Made by a program: the position numbers and the translations under genes | Notes under the pieces: generated by a model | The model's database searches: none | Seen by the model: the letters and a program-made list of their open reading frames with translations, nothing else | What the model was told of the DNA's origin: nothing | In this document: positions 30,920-44,909 of the stretch, one piece after another | Layout: every line of letters starts with the position of its first letter | Position numbering within the stretch: the first letter of the stretch is position 1 | Assembly (NCBI GenBank): GCA_963722005.1 | Contig: CAVRJS010000002.1 | Span: 37,190 to 101,189, forward strand | DNA: 64,000 nt | Source of the DNA: an uncultured beta proteobacterium | GTDB lineage: Bacteria; Pseudomonadota; Gammaproteobacteria; Burkholderiales; Burkholderiaceae_D | Direction of reading: 5' to 3'

Positions 30920-33082
30920 CTATTTCGGCATGGACGACGCATCGCCGTCCGGCTTGAAGTTTTGCAGCAGGCGATTCAGCGCCGCCTTCTGCTGGCCGTT
31001 GCCCTCCCTGCTCACCTTGGCCAGCAAGCCGGCCACCGTCAGGTCCTGCAGTTCCGAGGCGCTGCCGCCGAGGGCGCCGATCAGGCCCTGCAGATCGCCG
31101 ACCATGTCGCGCTCGCCGTTCAGGTGGTCTTTCAGGCCGACCTGCAGGGTCTTGCTCTTGGCGATGGTGGCATCGATGCCCTTGCCGATCGACAGCGCGT
31201 TGACGAAGCGGTCGAAGTAATCGCCCTCGCCGCCGACGATGTCGATCTTGGCATTCTGCAGCGCCTTGCCCAGCACTTCGGCCTGCTCGCGGGCGATGCT
31301 GGTCTGCGCTTCGATGCCCTTGATGATCTGCTGATTGGCGATTTCCAGCTGCATGCGGTATTCCTCGTGGGCACGGGTGTCGGTGCTCATCGCCGCCATG
31401 GCCTCGAACTTCTGGCGCAGGCCGGTCGATTCCGCCTCGAACTTGGCCTGGATGACGCTCGCCTCGGCCTGGCCGTGACGCGTCACGGCATCGGCGTCGG
31501 CGGTCTTGACAGCGGCTTCGGCAAAACCGAGCTGCTCGTTGCCCCTGGCTTGTGCCTCCAGCTGCAGGCGCGTGGCTTCCGCCTGGGCTGCGCCCTGGCG
31601 CAGGACGGCTTCGGAATCGGCCACCTTGCCTTTGGCTTCGGCTTCCATGCGCAGGCGAATCGCTTCGGCTTCGGCCGCGCCCTGCTTGAGGATGGCTTCG
31701 GATTCAGCAATCTTGACGCGGGCGTCGGCCAGGCCTTCGGCCGCCAGTTCGGCTTCCTTGCCCTCGGCTTCGCGCTTCTTGGCTTCGGCCGCCTTTTCCG
31801 CCACTTTCAGACGCGCCTCGGCGAGCGTCAGCTCCTGCTGCGCCTTGTGCTTGGCCGAGCGCTCTTCCGCTTCGGCTGCCTTGACGGTCAACACCATTTT
31901 CTCTTCGGCGCTGGCTTCGGCGGTGATCACCACGGACTTCTTCTGGCGATCCGCTTCGGACACCACGCGCACTTCCTTGATCGCTTCTTCCTGCTCGGCC
32001 ACCGTGCGCTCGACCACGATGCGTTCGCGGATGACATCGGCAATCGCCTTCTTCTGCACCTCGATCGCCTTTTCCTTCTCGATGGTCTGCAATGCCACTT
32101 CGCGCTCGCGCTCGACGATTTCCAGCTGACGGGCGCGGGTGACGCGCTCTTCCTCGATGGCGATGGCGCGCTTGCGATTGTTTTCCGCGACTTCCTTTTC
32201 GCGCTGGGTGTTTTCCTGCTGCACCAGGATCAGCTGCTCGGCCTGCAGGCGCGCCAGTTCGGACTTGGCGTGCTCTTCCGCTTGCACCTTCTCGGTTTCG
32301 GCCTGTTCACGCGCGCGCACCGAGCCGACTTCACGGCCCTGGCGCGATTCGGCGTCGGCCTGCTGGCGTTCCAGTTCGAGGATGGCTTCGCGCGTTTCCA
32401 CGTCCTTCTTCTTGATGCGCATCTGTTCGTCGCGCCGCAGCTCATTGGTGCGCACGCTCTCGACTGCGGTCAGCTCGGTGATTTTCTTGATACCCTGGGC
32501 ATCGAGGATATTCTGGCCATCCAGCTTGTCCATCGGCGTTTGTTCCAGGTAATCGATCGCCGCATCTTCCAGCACGTAGCCGGACAGGTCGTCGCCGATC
32601 TGGCGGATGATCTCGTCGCGGAAGCGGTCGCGCGCCTGGTACAACTCGACGAAATCCATCGACTTGCCCACTGTTTTCAGGGCCTCGGCAAATTTGGCAG
32701 AAAACAGGCTTTCCAGCGTCTCCTGGTTGGAGGCGCGCGCGCAACCGACCGCTTGCGCCACCCGCAGCACGTCTTCCGCGGTCTTGTTGACGCGAATGAA
32801 GAAGGTCACCTTGATATCGGCGCGGATATTGTCCTGGCAAATCAGGCCCTCCTTGCCGAAGCGGTCGATCTCGATGGTCTTGAGCGAGATTTCCATCAAT
32901 TCCCGCTTGTGGATGATGGGGTAGACCATGCCGCCGGTGAAAGTCACTTCCGGCTCCGAGCGCAGCGTGTTGATGATCATGGCATGACCCTGCTCCACCT
33001 TGTGGTAGAACTTGGCGAACATGGCCAGCAATCCGAACAGCACGAGAGTGCCGACGCCTATCGAGAGCAGCATGATATCCAT
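30920..33082 (-). CDS. flotillin (SPFH/band-7) family protein, YqiK-like
   Basis: About 720 aa from MDIMLLSIGVGTLV…. SPFH domain, then a long E/A/K/R-rich flotillin coiled coil with repeated AEAE/EAEA motifs. AAGGAAA RBS upstream of the chosen ATG. The ORF-track start at 33250 is an over-extension. Confidence 0.85.
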   Translation of the reverse strand: MDIMLLSIGVGTLVLFGLLAMFAKFYHKVEQGHAMIINTLRSEPEVTFTGGMVYPIIHKRELMEISLKTIEIDRFGKEGLICQDNIRADIKVTFFIRVNKTAEDVLRVAQAVGCARASNQETLESLFSAKFAEALKTVGKSMDFVELYQARDRFRDEIIRQIGDDLSGYVLEDAAIDYLEQTPMDKLDGQNILDAQGIKKITELTAVESVRTNELRRDEQMRIKKKDVETREAILELERQQADAESRQGREVGSVRAREQAETEKVQAEEHAKSELARLQAEQLILVQQENTQREKEVAENNRKRAIAIEEERVTRARQLEIVEREREVALQTIEKEKAIEVQKKAIADVIRERIVVERTVAEQEEAIKEVRVVSEADRQKKSVVITAEASAEEKMVLTVKAAEAEERSAKHKAQQELTLAEARLKVAEKAAEAKKREAEGKEAELAAEGLADARVKIAESEAILKQGAAEAEAIRLRMEAEAKGKVADSEAVLRQGAAQAEATRLQLEAQARGNEQLGFAEAAVKTADADAVTRHGQAEASVIQAKFEAESTGLRQKFEAMAAMSTDTRAHEEYRMQLEIANQQIIKGIEAQTSIAREQAEVLGKALQNAKIDIVGGEGDYFDRFVNALSIGKGIDATIAKSKTLQVGLKDHLNGERDMVGDLQGLIGALGGSASELQDLTVAGLLAKVSREGNGQQKAALNRLLQNFKPDGDASSMPK

Positions 33083-33141
33083 GGGTTTCCTTCTTGTCTG
33101 GTTGGGTGGTTCTGGGGATATGGAAAGATTTGCCGGGAAAC

Positions 33142-33762
33142 TCAGCCGTCGGCCGGCGCCGCCGCCACTTCGTACTGCTGGCGGGCGTCGTCGTAGTCGA
33201 GGATGACTGCGGTGGAATTCTTGCCAAGGGTATTGGGCGCCTTCGCCCACACGCGGATGTTGAGGCTGACGCCGCTGTCGCTGACTTCGGCGCGGCCGAA
33301 CTTTTCATCGACGCTGCCGGTCACGATGCGGCAATGCAGGCCGACCAGGCTGCGGTTGCTGCGCGCCTGGTGCTTGACGAACAGTCCGCGCAAGGGCCGG
33401 ATGGCGCGCGCCGACAAGGGAATGGCCAGGCCTGCCGCCAGCAGCAGCACGCCGGCGCCGGCCAGCAGCTGCAGCGGCAGCGTTGGCACCCACACCAGCA
33501 CGTACTGGTGCGCCAGCGCGGTAAACAGCCAGGTGAAAAAGACCAGCACCGTGAGCGCAATCGAGATCGGCACGCCCCCCAGGCCCAGGGCCACCAGGTA
33601 ACCCGCCAGGGAATGCAGGTCGTGATCGCCGACTTCGAATTCGAGGCTGTCGCCCAGGTCGACCAGGCCGACAATGGAAAACAGCCAGTAAACGAGCAGG
33701 ACGGCGAGCACGACCGTGGGCACGGCGCTTGGAAAGCTGCTGAGCAACGCCCAGGTCGACAT
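33142..33762 (-). CDS. YqiJ/DUF1449 (NfeD-like) membrane protein
   Basis: About 206 aa from MSTWALLSSFPSAV…. Multiple TM helices plus a C-terminal soluble OB-like region. The classic yqiJ-yqiK arrangement directly upstream of flotillin. Confidence 0.7.
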   Translation of the reverse strand: MSTWALLSSFPSAVPTVVLAVLLVYWLFSIVGLVDLGDSLEFEVGDHDLHSLAGYLVALGLGGVPISIALTVLVFFTWLFTALAHQYVLVWVPTLPLQLLAGAGVLLLAAGLAIPLSARAIRPLRGLFVKHQARSNRSLVGLHCRIVTGSVDEKFGRAEVSDSGVSLNIRVWAKAPNTLGKNSTAVILDYDDARQQYEVAAAPADG

Positions 33763-33853
33763 CGTCCATTCCCCTATAAAAATGCACATCGTTACCGGGC
33801 TCGTCGGCCGCGGCGCGCTTTGCCGGCACCGGCAAACTGATGCCTATTATTTA

Positions 33854-34186
33854 TTATTTCTTTTTTGAAACTTGCTTTTTCGCAAAGTTTATCAGTTCCT
33901 GATGCAAAACTTCCTTGATTCGTCGTTTATCTTCCACATCGATACCAAATCGCTGCGCCAGCAAGACGTAATCGGCATCGCTCAGGCTGACCGTCAGGCG
34001 CGGACGCTGCGGTCGCGCGGTGCAGGGCAGGCCGAGGATCGTGCGGATCTGGTCGGGTTGCGACAGGTGGTTCACATAGGCGGCATAGCGCACCGCCTCG
34101 ATGACCTGCTCTTCGACGTCGAACGCCACCTGCACTGCGCGCAAGGCGGCGTCCGACCCCGACCAGCGCGAAGAACTGCGCACCAT
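33854..34186 (-). CDS. small hypothetical protein, possible ribbon-helix-helix
   Basis: 110-aa ORF. The segment …RPRLTVSLSDADYVLLAQRFGID… resembles an RHH beta-strand/helix. The true start may be an internal Met. Confidence 0.4.
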   Translation of the reverse strand: MVRSSSRWSGSDAALRAVQVAFDVEEQVIEAVRYAAYVNHLSQPDQIRTILGLPCTARPQRPRLTVSLSDADYVLLAQRFGIDVEDKRRIKEVLHQELINFAKKQVSKKK

Positions 34187-34199
34187 GCCGCGACTCCCC

Positions 34200-34940
34200 T
34201 CAGGATCTTTCCGGAGCCGCGCCGTCCGCGCCCGCCGCCTTGCCGGCGTCGCCGCTCATGCGTGCCTGCAGGCGCGCCATGACGGCGTTCTTGCGGCTGG
34301 CATTTTCGCCGATGCCGGCGGCGGCCAGCTTACCCTCCAGCGCGCGCCCGCCCATTTCGCCGTCCAGCGCTTCGGCCGCCTGCATGCGGTCGGCCAGGTC
34401 CTGGTGACGCTGCTTGATGCGCTCCAGCGATTCCTTGGCGCTCATCAGCTTGGAGCCGCTTGAGCCCATGCTTTGCGAAATGGTCGCCGTGGCCTTGTAG
34501 ACGCTTTCGGTAGTCTTGGCCATGGTCAGCTGGCGTTCGTGCTCGCGCAAATCGGCCTCGGCGTTGCGGATCATTTCCTTCAGGCGCGCGACATGCGCGG
34601 CAAATTCGGTGCGCGCGGCGGCCTGCTCGGCGCTGGCCTGCTCGAGGTTGGCGACCTTGCCGGCGACTTCCTCTGCCAGCGCAGCCTCGCCCTTTTGCAG
34701 GGCTTGCATGGCCAGCTCCTCGTACTTGCGGATTTCGCCCGCCAGGCGCTCGATTTCACGCCCGGCCTGCATTTCCTTGGCCATGACCGCGGTCAGGTCA
34801 TGGCGCGCAACGGCGACATGGCGGCGGGAATCGACGATTTCCTGCTCGTAAATGGTGGTGGCATTGTTGTCGACCACGCTTTGACCGATATCGCGCAGGT
34901 TACCGCGCAGCATGGTCAGGATTTTCGAAAAGACAGCCAT
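34200..34940 (-). CDS. PspA/IM30 family protein (YjfJ-like)
   Basis: About 246 aa from MAVFSKILTMLRGNLRDIGQS…. Long coiled coil typical of PspA/Vipp1. AAGGAGG RBS 8 nt upstream. The ORF-track start at 35060 is an over-extension. Confidence 0.85.
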   Translation of the reverse strand: MAVFSKILTMLRGNLRDIGQSVVDNNATTIYEQEIVDSRRHVAVARHDLTAVMAKEMQAGREIERLAGEIRKYEELAMQALQKGEAALAEEVAGKVANLEQASAEQAAARTEFAAHVARLKEMIRNAEADLREHERQLTMAKTTESVYKATATISQSMGSSGSKLMSAKESLERIKQRHQDLADRMQAAEALDGEMGGRALEGKLAAAGIGENASRKNAVMARLQARMSGDAGKAAGADGAAPERS

Positions 34941-34950
34941 GAGGACCTCC

Positions 34951-35379
34951 TTATTTGAGATAGTCGGCAAACACTTCGAGGGCTTCGATGGCGTTGTCCG
35001 CCACCATGGCCACGTCTTTGGCAATGGCGTCGACGCCGGCATCCGGCGCCAGCGCGCCATAGATCACGTAGCGCTCGCCGATGCGGCCGAAATCGGACAG
35101 CGGAATCGAAATGTTCAGGTCGATCATCGCTTCGAGCATGTCGGCGCGCCGCTCAGTGCGCACTTCGGCCTCGGTCCACAGGTAGCTGATGCACAGCACC
35201 TGGGTAGGCGTGACAGTGACGAACACCGGCAATTCTTCCTGCCCCTCGAAGCTGATGCGCATCACCGGCACGCCATCCGCATCGGCCGGCGGCAGCACAG
35301 AGGTACTCACCGGGGATGCGGCGCGATGCTGCGCCAGCGCTTGTTCGATGCCCTGCAACTGAATCATGCCCTGCTCCAT
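34951..35379 (-). CDS. YjfI/DUF2170 family protein
   Basis: About 142 aa from MEQGMIQLQGIEQ…. DUF2170-like. Classic yjfI-yjfJ pairing with the PspA-family gene. AGGGGGA RBS. Confidence 0.7.
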   Translation of the reverse strand: MEQGMIQLQGIEQALAQHRAASPVSTSVLPPADADGVPVMRISFEGQEELPVFVTVTPTQVLCISYLWTEAEVRTERRADMLEAMIDLNISIPLSDFGRIGERYVIYGALAPDAGVDAIAKDVAMVADNAIEALEVFADYLK

Positions 35380-35668
35380 GCTTCCCCCTTCGTTGTTAGA
35401 GTGATGCGACGACATAATATGTCAACGTTAGCGATGCTGACATAAAATGTCAAGCATTCTGCAAACAATTTTATCAACCGTGCAAGCACGCTACGATTTG
35501 TGCCTTTTCGGGTTTAAATATCTTTAACATTTACCTCGGCAAAAATGATTTTATTTCCACAAGGAATTATCTATCATGGGGTGTATGGATTGGCCGTGCA
35601 TGCATGCCACATATTCATTGCAAATAATCAATAAAATCATTCTTTTCAGGAAACTCAGATAGAATGAA

Positions 35669-36874
35669 ATGCTGTCGGTTGCCGCATGCGGCAGACCGGT
35701 GCAATCCCTTGCGGGACCTGCGCTGCGCCAACCGTTCACAGAATTTGTCGCCGACATGTGTGTGCCACCCGGCCTGGCGCAAACCGGTGCAACAGGAATC
35801 CGGTACATGGATGCGCAGATGGCCCAGACACCGAGTATGGAAAATCTATTAAAACATCTGGTTGAAATTACGGGGCACCGTGATCACAACCTGCTGGACA
35901 TTTCCGTCATTTCCGCGCTGAGCGACCTGGTAGGCGCCAAGCAGGCGCGCGTGCTCGAGATTTTCCGCGTGCGCGACGAAATGTTCGTGCGGCCCCGGGT
36001 GTGGCTCAAGGATGGCGCCGCCGTGTCGCTGGAAGACCACGTCGAAGGCGACCTGTCGGGCGATCCGCTCACCGCCTATCCTGCCATCGTCGCCTGCATC
36101 GAACGGCATCTCGACTGCTACGAAGAATTCGGCGGCGGCCCGGAACATGCGCTGTGGATTCCCGTGTGGCTCAATGAAAAGGTCGGCACCTGCCTGCACA
36201 TCGTCAACTCGACGCCTTATACGCAAGCGATGAAGGATGTGATGGGCGGCATCCTCAGCGTCTATCGCAATTTCCAGAACCTGCTGGATTACAGCGAACG
36301 CGATTCCCTGACAGGCCTGCTGAACCGCAAGACCTTCGACGAAAAATTCTCGAAGATGACCGCTTACGTGCCGCCGCCGGACGGCACCGGCCAGGAAGGC
36401 GATGAGCGGCAATGCAGCGAGGAGCCGCGCGAACACTGGATGGCGATGGTCGACATCGACCATTTCAAGCGCATCAACGATTCCTTCGGCCATCTCTATG
36501 GCGACGAAGTGCTGATCCTGGTGGCCAACCTGCTGCGCGCCTCGTTCCGCACCCAGGACCGCATTTTCCGTTTCGGCGGCGAAGAATTCATGATCCTGCT
36601 GCGCTCGGCCACGCTGGACGACGCGCGCCGGATCTTCGAGCGCTTTCGCGCCAGCGTCGAGCAGCACAACTTTCCCCAGGTGGGCCGGGTCACCATCAGC
36701 CTGGGCTTCGTCAAGATTACGGCGCAAACTCCGGTGGTGCTGCTTGGCCGCGCCGATCAGGCGCTGTACTATGCCAAAGCCCACGGCCGCAACCAGATCT
36801 GCCAGTATGAGGACCTGATCGAGCGCGGCCTGCTCCACTCCCGCGTTGCCAACGACAGCGTCGAATTCTTCTAA
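35669..36874 (+). CDS. diguanylate cyclase (GGDEF) with N-terminal GAF-like sensor
   Basis: GGDEF domain with RFGGEEFMILL active site. The N-terminal about 170 aa looks GAF-like. An alternative start (MDAQMAQ…) at 35807 is plausible. Confidence 0.8.
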   Translation: MLSVAACGRPVQSLAGPALRQPFTEFVADMCVPPGLAQTGATGIRYMDAQMAQTPSMENLLKHLVEITGHRDHNLLDISVISALSDLVGAKQARVLEIFRVRDEMFVRPRVWLKDGAAVSLEDHVEGDLSGDPLTAYPAIVACIERHLDCYEEFGGGPEHALWIPVWLNEKVGTCLHIVNSTPYTQAMKDVMGGILSVYRNFQNLLDYSERDSLTGLLNRKTFDEKFSKMTAYVPPPDGTGQEGDERQCSEEPREHWMAMVDIDHFKRINDSFGHLYGDEVLILVANLLRASFRTQDRIFRFGGEEFMILLRSATLDDARRIFERFRASVEQHNFPQVGRVTISLGFVKITAQTPVVLLGRADQALYYAKAHGRNQICQYEDLIERGLLHSRVANDSVEFF

Positions 36875-36920
36875 GGACGTCCCCTGCGCGTCGCTGCAAA
36901 ATGAAGTACAGCATAATCTG

Positions 36921-37808
36921 ATGGCCAGATCCGGTCTGCTCACCGCCGCCGCGGCCTATATCGTCTGGGGTCTGTTTCCCCTGTACTTCAAGTCGGTGCA
37001 GGACATTGCGCCGCTCGAAGTGCTGATGCACCGCGCCGTCTGGTCGCTGGTGTTTCTGGTCGCCGTGCTGGCCGCGCGCCGCCAGTGGGCCTGGCTCGGC
37101 CCCGCCCTGCGCGACCGCAAGGTGCTGGGCGGCTTTGCCGCCAGCGCCCTGCTGCTGTCGCTGAACTGGTTCGTGTACATCTGGGCCGTCAATCACGGGC
37201 GCGTGGTCGATGCCAGCCTGGGCTATTTCATTACGCCGCTGGTCAATATCCTGCTCGGCTTTATCGTCCTGGGTGAGCGGCTGCGGCCGCTGCAGTGGGG
37301 CGCAGTCGGCCTGGCGGCGGCGGGCGTAGTCTGGCTCGCCTGGGACAGCGGCAGCCTGCCCTGGATCGGCCTCTTGCTGGCGCTGACCTTCGGCGCTTAC
37401 GGCCTCTTGCGCAAGACTGCCAGCCTGGGGGCGCTCGAGGGCCTGGTGCTGGAAACCCTGCTGATGTTCCCGCTGGCGTTCGGCTACCTGGCCTGGCTGG
37501 GCGCTGCCGGCGCCGACGGTTTCAGCGGTGCGCCATGGTCAACGCAACTGCTGCTGGCCGCGGCCGGCCCGATCACCGCCATTCCGCTGCTGATGTTCGC
37601 CAGCGGCGCGCGGCGCATCCCGCTTTCCGTGCTGGGTTTGCTCCAGTACATCGCGCCGAGCATACAATTAGTGCTGGGCGTGTTGCTCTACCACGAACCC
37701 TTCGGCGGCGCCCGCCTGGCCGGCTTCGTGCTGATCTGGAGCGGCCTGGCGCTTTACACACTTGAAAGCTTGTGGCGCAACCGCAGCGGCACGCCGCTTT
37801 CCTCCTGA
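36921..37808 (+). CDS. rarD: RarD (EamA/DMT family) transporter
   Basis: About 295 aa from MARSGLLTAAAAYIVWGLFPLYFK…, typical RarD N-terminus, with 10 TM segments. Confidence 0.8.
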   Translation: MARSGLLTAAAAYIVWGLFPLYFKSVQDIAPLEVLMHRAVWSLVFLVAVLAARRQWAWLGPALRDRKVLGGFAASALLLSLNWFVYIWAVNHGRVVDASLGYFITPLVNILLGFIVLGERLRPLQWGAVGLAAAGVVWLAWDSGSLPWIGLLLALTFGAYGLLRKTASLGALEGLVLETLLMFPLAFGYLAWLGAAGADGFSGAPWSTQLLLAAAGPITAIPLLMFASGARRIPLSVLGLLQYIAPSIQLVLGVLLYHEPFGGARLAGFVLIWSGLALYTLESLWRNRSGTPLSS

Positions 37809-37879
37809 ACGGGCCCCATGAAAAAGCCGGCCTTGCGGCCGGCTTTCTCTCCACTATTTCACAACTCCGGCACTGCTCG

Positions 37880-38491
37880 TCAGAAGCGATAACCCACACC
37901 GACGCCGATCAGCAGCGGATCAACTTTCACGCGGGTGAGATGCGCGCCATTCAGGGTGGCGTCAGCGCGGATCTGTACTTTCTTGATATCGAAGTTGATC
38001 GACCAGTGCTTATCCAACTTGTAATCGACACCGGCCTGCAGGGCAAAACCGAAGCTGTCGTTATCCAGGTCGGCAGCGCCGCCCAGCAGCTTGACGCTGG
38101 AAATGCGCGTGTAATTGATGCCGGCGCCGACATAGGGGCTGAACTTTGCATCCGGCATGAAATGGTATTGCAGCGTCAGCGTCGGCGGCAAATGCTTGAA
38201 GGAGCCGATATGTGTGCCGGACAGGTAAACATCATGCTTTTGCGGAACGGTCAGAATCAGTTCGGCTGCCCAGTTCGGCGTGAAGAAATAGGAAATGTCG
38301 ATTTCCGGAATGGTCTTGTCGCTGACGGAAATAGCGTTTGCACCGACCATGCCCGGAATGGCATTGGACTTGTCGGCCGGCTCGATGTGCACGGCGCGGG
38401 CACGGATCTGCCAGGGACTTTGCTGGGCCGCGGCCTGGCCGGCAGCCATGCCGAAGACGGACATTGCTAGAACGATTGCGGTTTTTTTCAT
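37880..38491 (-). CDS. ompW: OmpW family outer-membrane protein
   Basis: About 203 aa from MKKTAIVLAMSVFGMAAG… (signal peptide). OmpW beta-barrel ending in …GVGVGYRF. AAAGGAGAAGGA RBS. Confidence 0.85.
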   Translation of the reverse strand: MKKTAIVLAMSVFGMAAGQAAAQQSPWQIRARAVHIEPADKSNAIPGMVGANAISVSDKTIPEIDISYFFTPNWAAELILTVPQKHDVYLSGTHIGSFKHLPPTLTLQYHFMPDAKFSPYVGAGINYTRISSVKLLGGAADLDNDSFGFALQAGVDYKLDKHWSINFDIKKVQIRADATLNGAHLTRVKVDPLLIGVGVGYRF

Positions 38492-38664
38492 GATGCTTCC
38501 TTCTCCTTTGCTAAAATTACTAACATAGAAGTTAATTCCGCAATTCAATAATTGACTTGATACAAATCAACCGTTCCCGACTGAAATGATGGGATTTGGG
38601 TTCGCGTCGCCGATGGGGTATCCTTGCAGTCTTCATTTTCACTGGAGTTACCCCGGTATTTGCC

Positions 38665-40332
<1,668 letters not shown>

Positions 40333-40339
40333 CAAGTCC

Positions 40340-40370
40340 GGGACGGCAGCGACCGTCCCGTTTTTCTTTT
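40340..40370. terminator. rho-independent terminator after ettA, possibly bidirectional
   Basis: GGGACGG-cagcga-CCGTCCC stem followed by TTTTTCTTTT. Confidence 0.7.
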
Positions 40371-40590
40371 ACTCGTCCATACCGTTGAGCGATTCGATAT
40401 CGCCGATTGCCAGCTTGAGCATCATGGCCGGCGTGGCTTCCTTGAGCGGCATTCCGGTCATCAGGGAATCGGGGAAGGATTTTTTCATGAGGCCGTTGTG
40501 GCGGATGAAATACTCGCCTGCATCGTACTCGATGACATAGGTCAGCCGCTTGCCGCCGCGGCGCGTATATTCTTGGACAGGCATGATCAT
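40369..40590 (-). CDS. small hypothetical protein
   Basis: 73-aa ORF (MIMPVQEYTRRGGKRLTYVIEYDAGEYFIRHNG…) in a moderate-GC stretch. No family recognised. Confidence 0.35.
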   Translation of the reverse strand: MIMPVQEYTRRGGKRLTYVIEYDAGEYFIRHNGLMKKSFPDSLMTGMPLKEATPAMMLKLAIGDIESLNGMDE

Positions 40591-40728
40591 CCTCCATATG
40601 CATATGGCGTATTTTCATGTTACCCGAGCCGGCGAACGCGTGCAATCGCATTGCGGTCGGCGCTGCCGGCAAAATTTTCTGCCAGTCCTGCTTATCATTT
40701 GCCTATCGTTTGCCTATCGCTGCTCGCC

Positions 40729-40983
40729 ATGCCGTCCCGCATCATAGATCAATATGAACTCGAATACGAAGGCCTGCACCTGCCCGAAAAGGAAGGCTGG
40801 GGCGCTTTCGTGACCGTGTACGGTCCCTCCTCCAATCCCATGCATCGCCACAGCATCATTCCGCAGCAGCACGTCAGCGTGACGGCAGTTTTTCCAACGC
40901 AGCAATTGGCCGAGGCAGAGGCATACCGCGTCGCCATGGCCATGCTGCAGGGTCATCGCACACCGCCTGCAGGCTCGCTCTGA
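40729..40983 (+). CDS. small hypothetical protein
   Basis: 84 aa (MPSRIIDQYELEYEGLHLPEKEGWGAFVTVYG…). An internal start within ORF 40498..40983. Confidence 0.3.
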   Translation: MPSRIIDQYELEYEGLHLPEKEGWGAFVTVYGPSSNPMHRHSIIPQQHVSVTAVFPTQQLAEAEAYRVAMAMLQGHRTPPAGSL

Positions 40984-41064
40984 ACGCAGGCATGCCGTCG
41001 TCAGAGACAAGGAACAATTGCCTGCATTGCATGCCTAATTAGCTGTGCGCGCGTATTCATACGC

Positions 41065-41418
41065 ATGGAGGCGGAAATGAGCATTGCAAAACTGCAAAAG
41101 GAAGCATGGCACCCTTACTTTGATGCCATGTCGAAAGAGCTTACCGGCAAAACTGCGGAAATCGCCGTGGATTCCCTCAAACTTGGCCACCAGATCGAGG
41201 CGGACTGGCTGCCCCTGTACGGCCTGGTTTACGATCAGAAAAGCGATATCTTCGAAGTGGTGATGGAAGGGCTGGACCACATGATTCCGCATCCGCAGGA
41301 AATTTATGTCGATGTGGATGTCAATGGCCTCAACAGCGTGGAAGTGATCGATGAAGACGATGTGCGCCAGATCATCAGCCTGCGCGCGCCCCTGCTGCTG
41401 CAACAGCCGCTGCACTGA
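41065..41418 (+). CDS. small conserved hypothetical protein (DUF5335-like)
   Basis: 117 aa. An alternative start at 41077 (MSIAKLQ…) is possible. No TM. Acidic. Confidence 0.55.
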   Translation: MEAEMSIAKLQKEAWHPYFDAMSKELTGKTAEIAVDSLKLGHQIEADWLPLYGLVYDQKSDIFEVVMEGLDHMIPHPQEIYVDVDVNGLNSVEVIDEDDVRQIISLRAPLLLQQPLH

Positions 41419-41447
41419 CAAGCGGTGCCGGCCGGCACACCAGCACC

Positions 41448-44889
<3,442 letters not shown>

Positions 44890-44909
<20 letters not shown>

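Noticed and set aside
30881-33196. 771-aa plus-strand ORF antisense to flotillin
   Set aside because: Low-complexity L/G/F/A-rich translation mirroring the flotillin EA-repeats. Flotillin on the minus strand has a clear SPFH domain and an RBS.
35849-36943. 364-aa minus-strand ORF antisense to the 35669..36874 GGDEF gene
   Set aside because: No motifs. The sense strand carries GGEEF.
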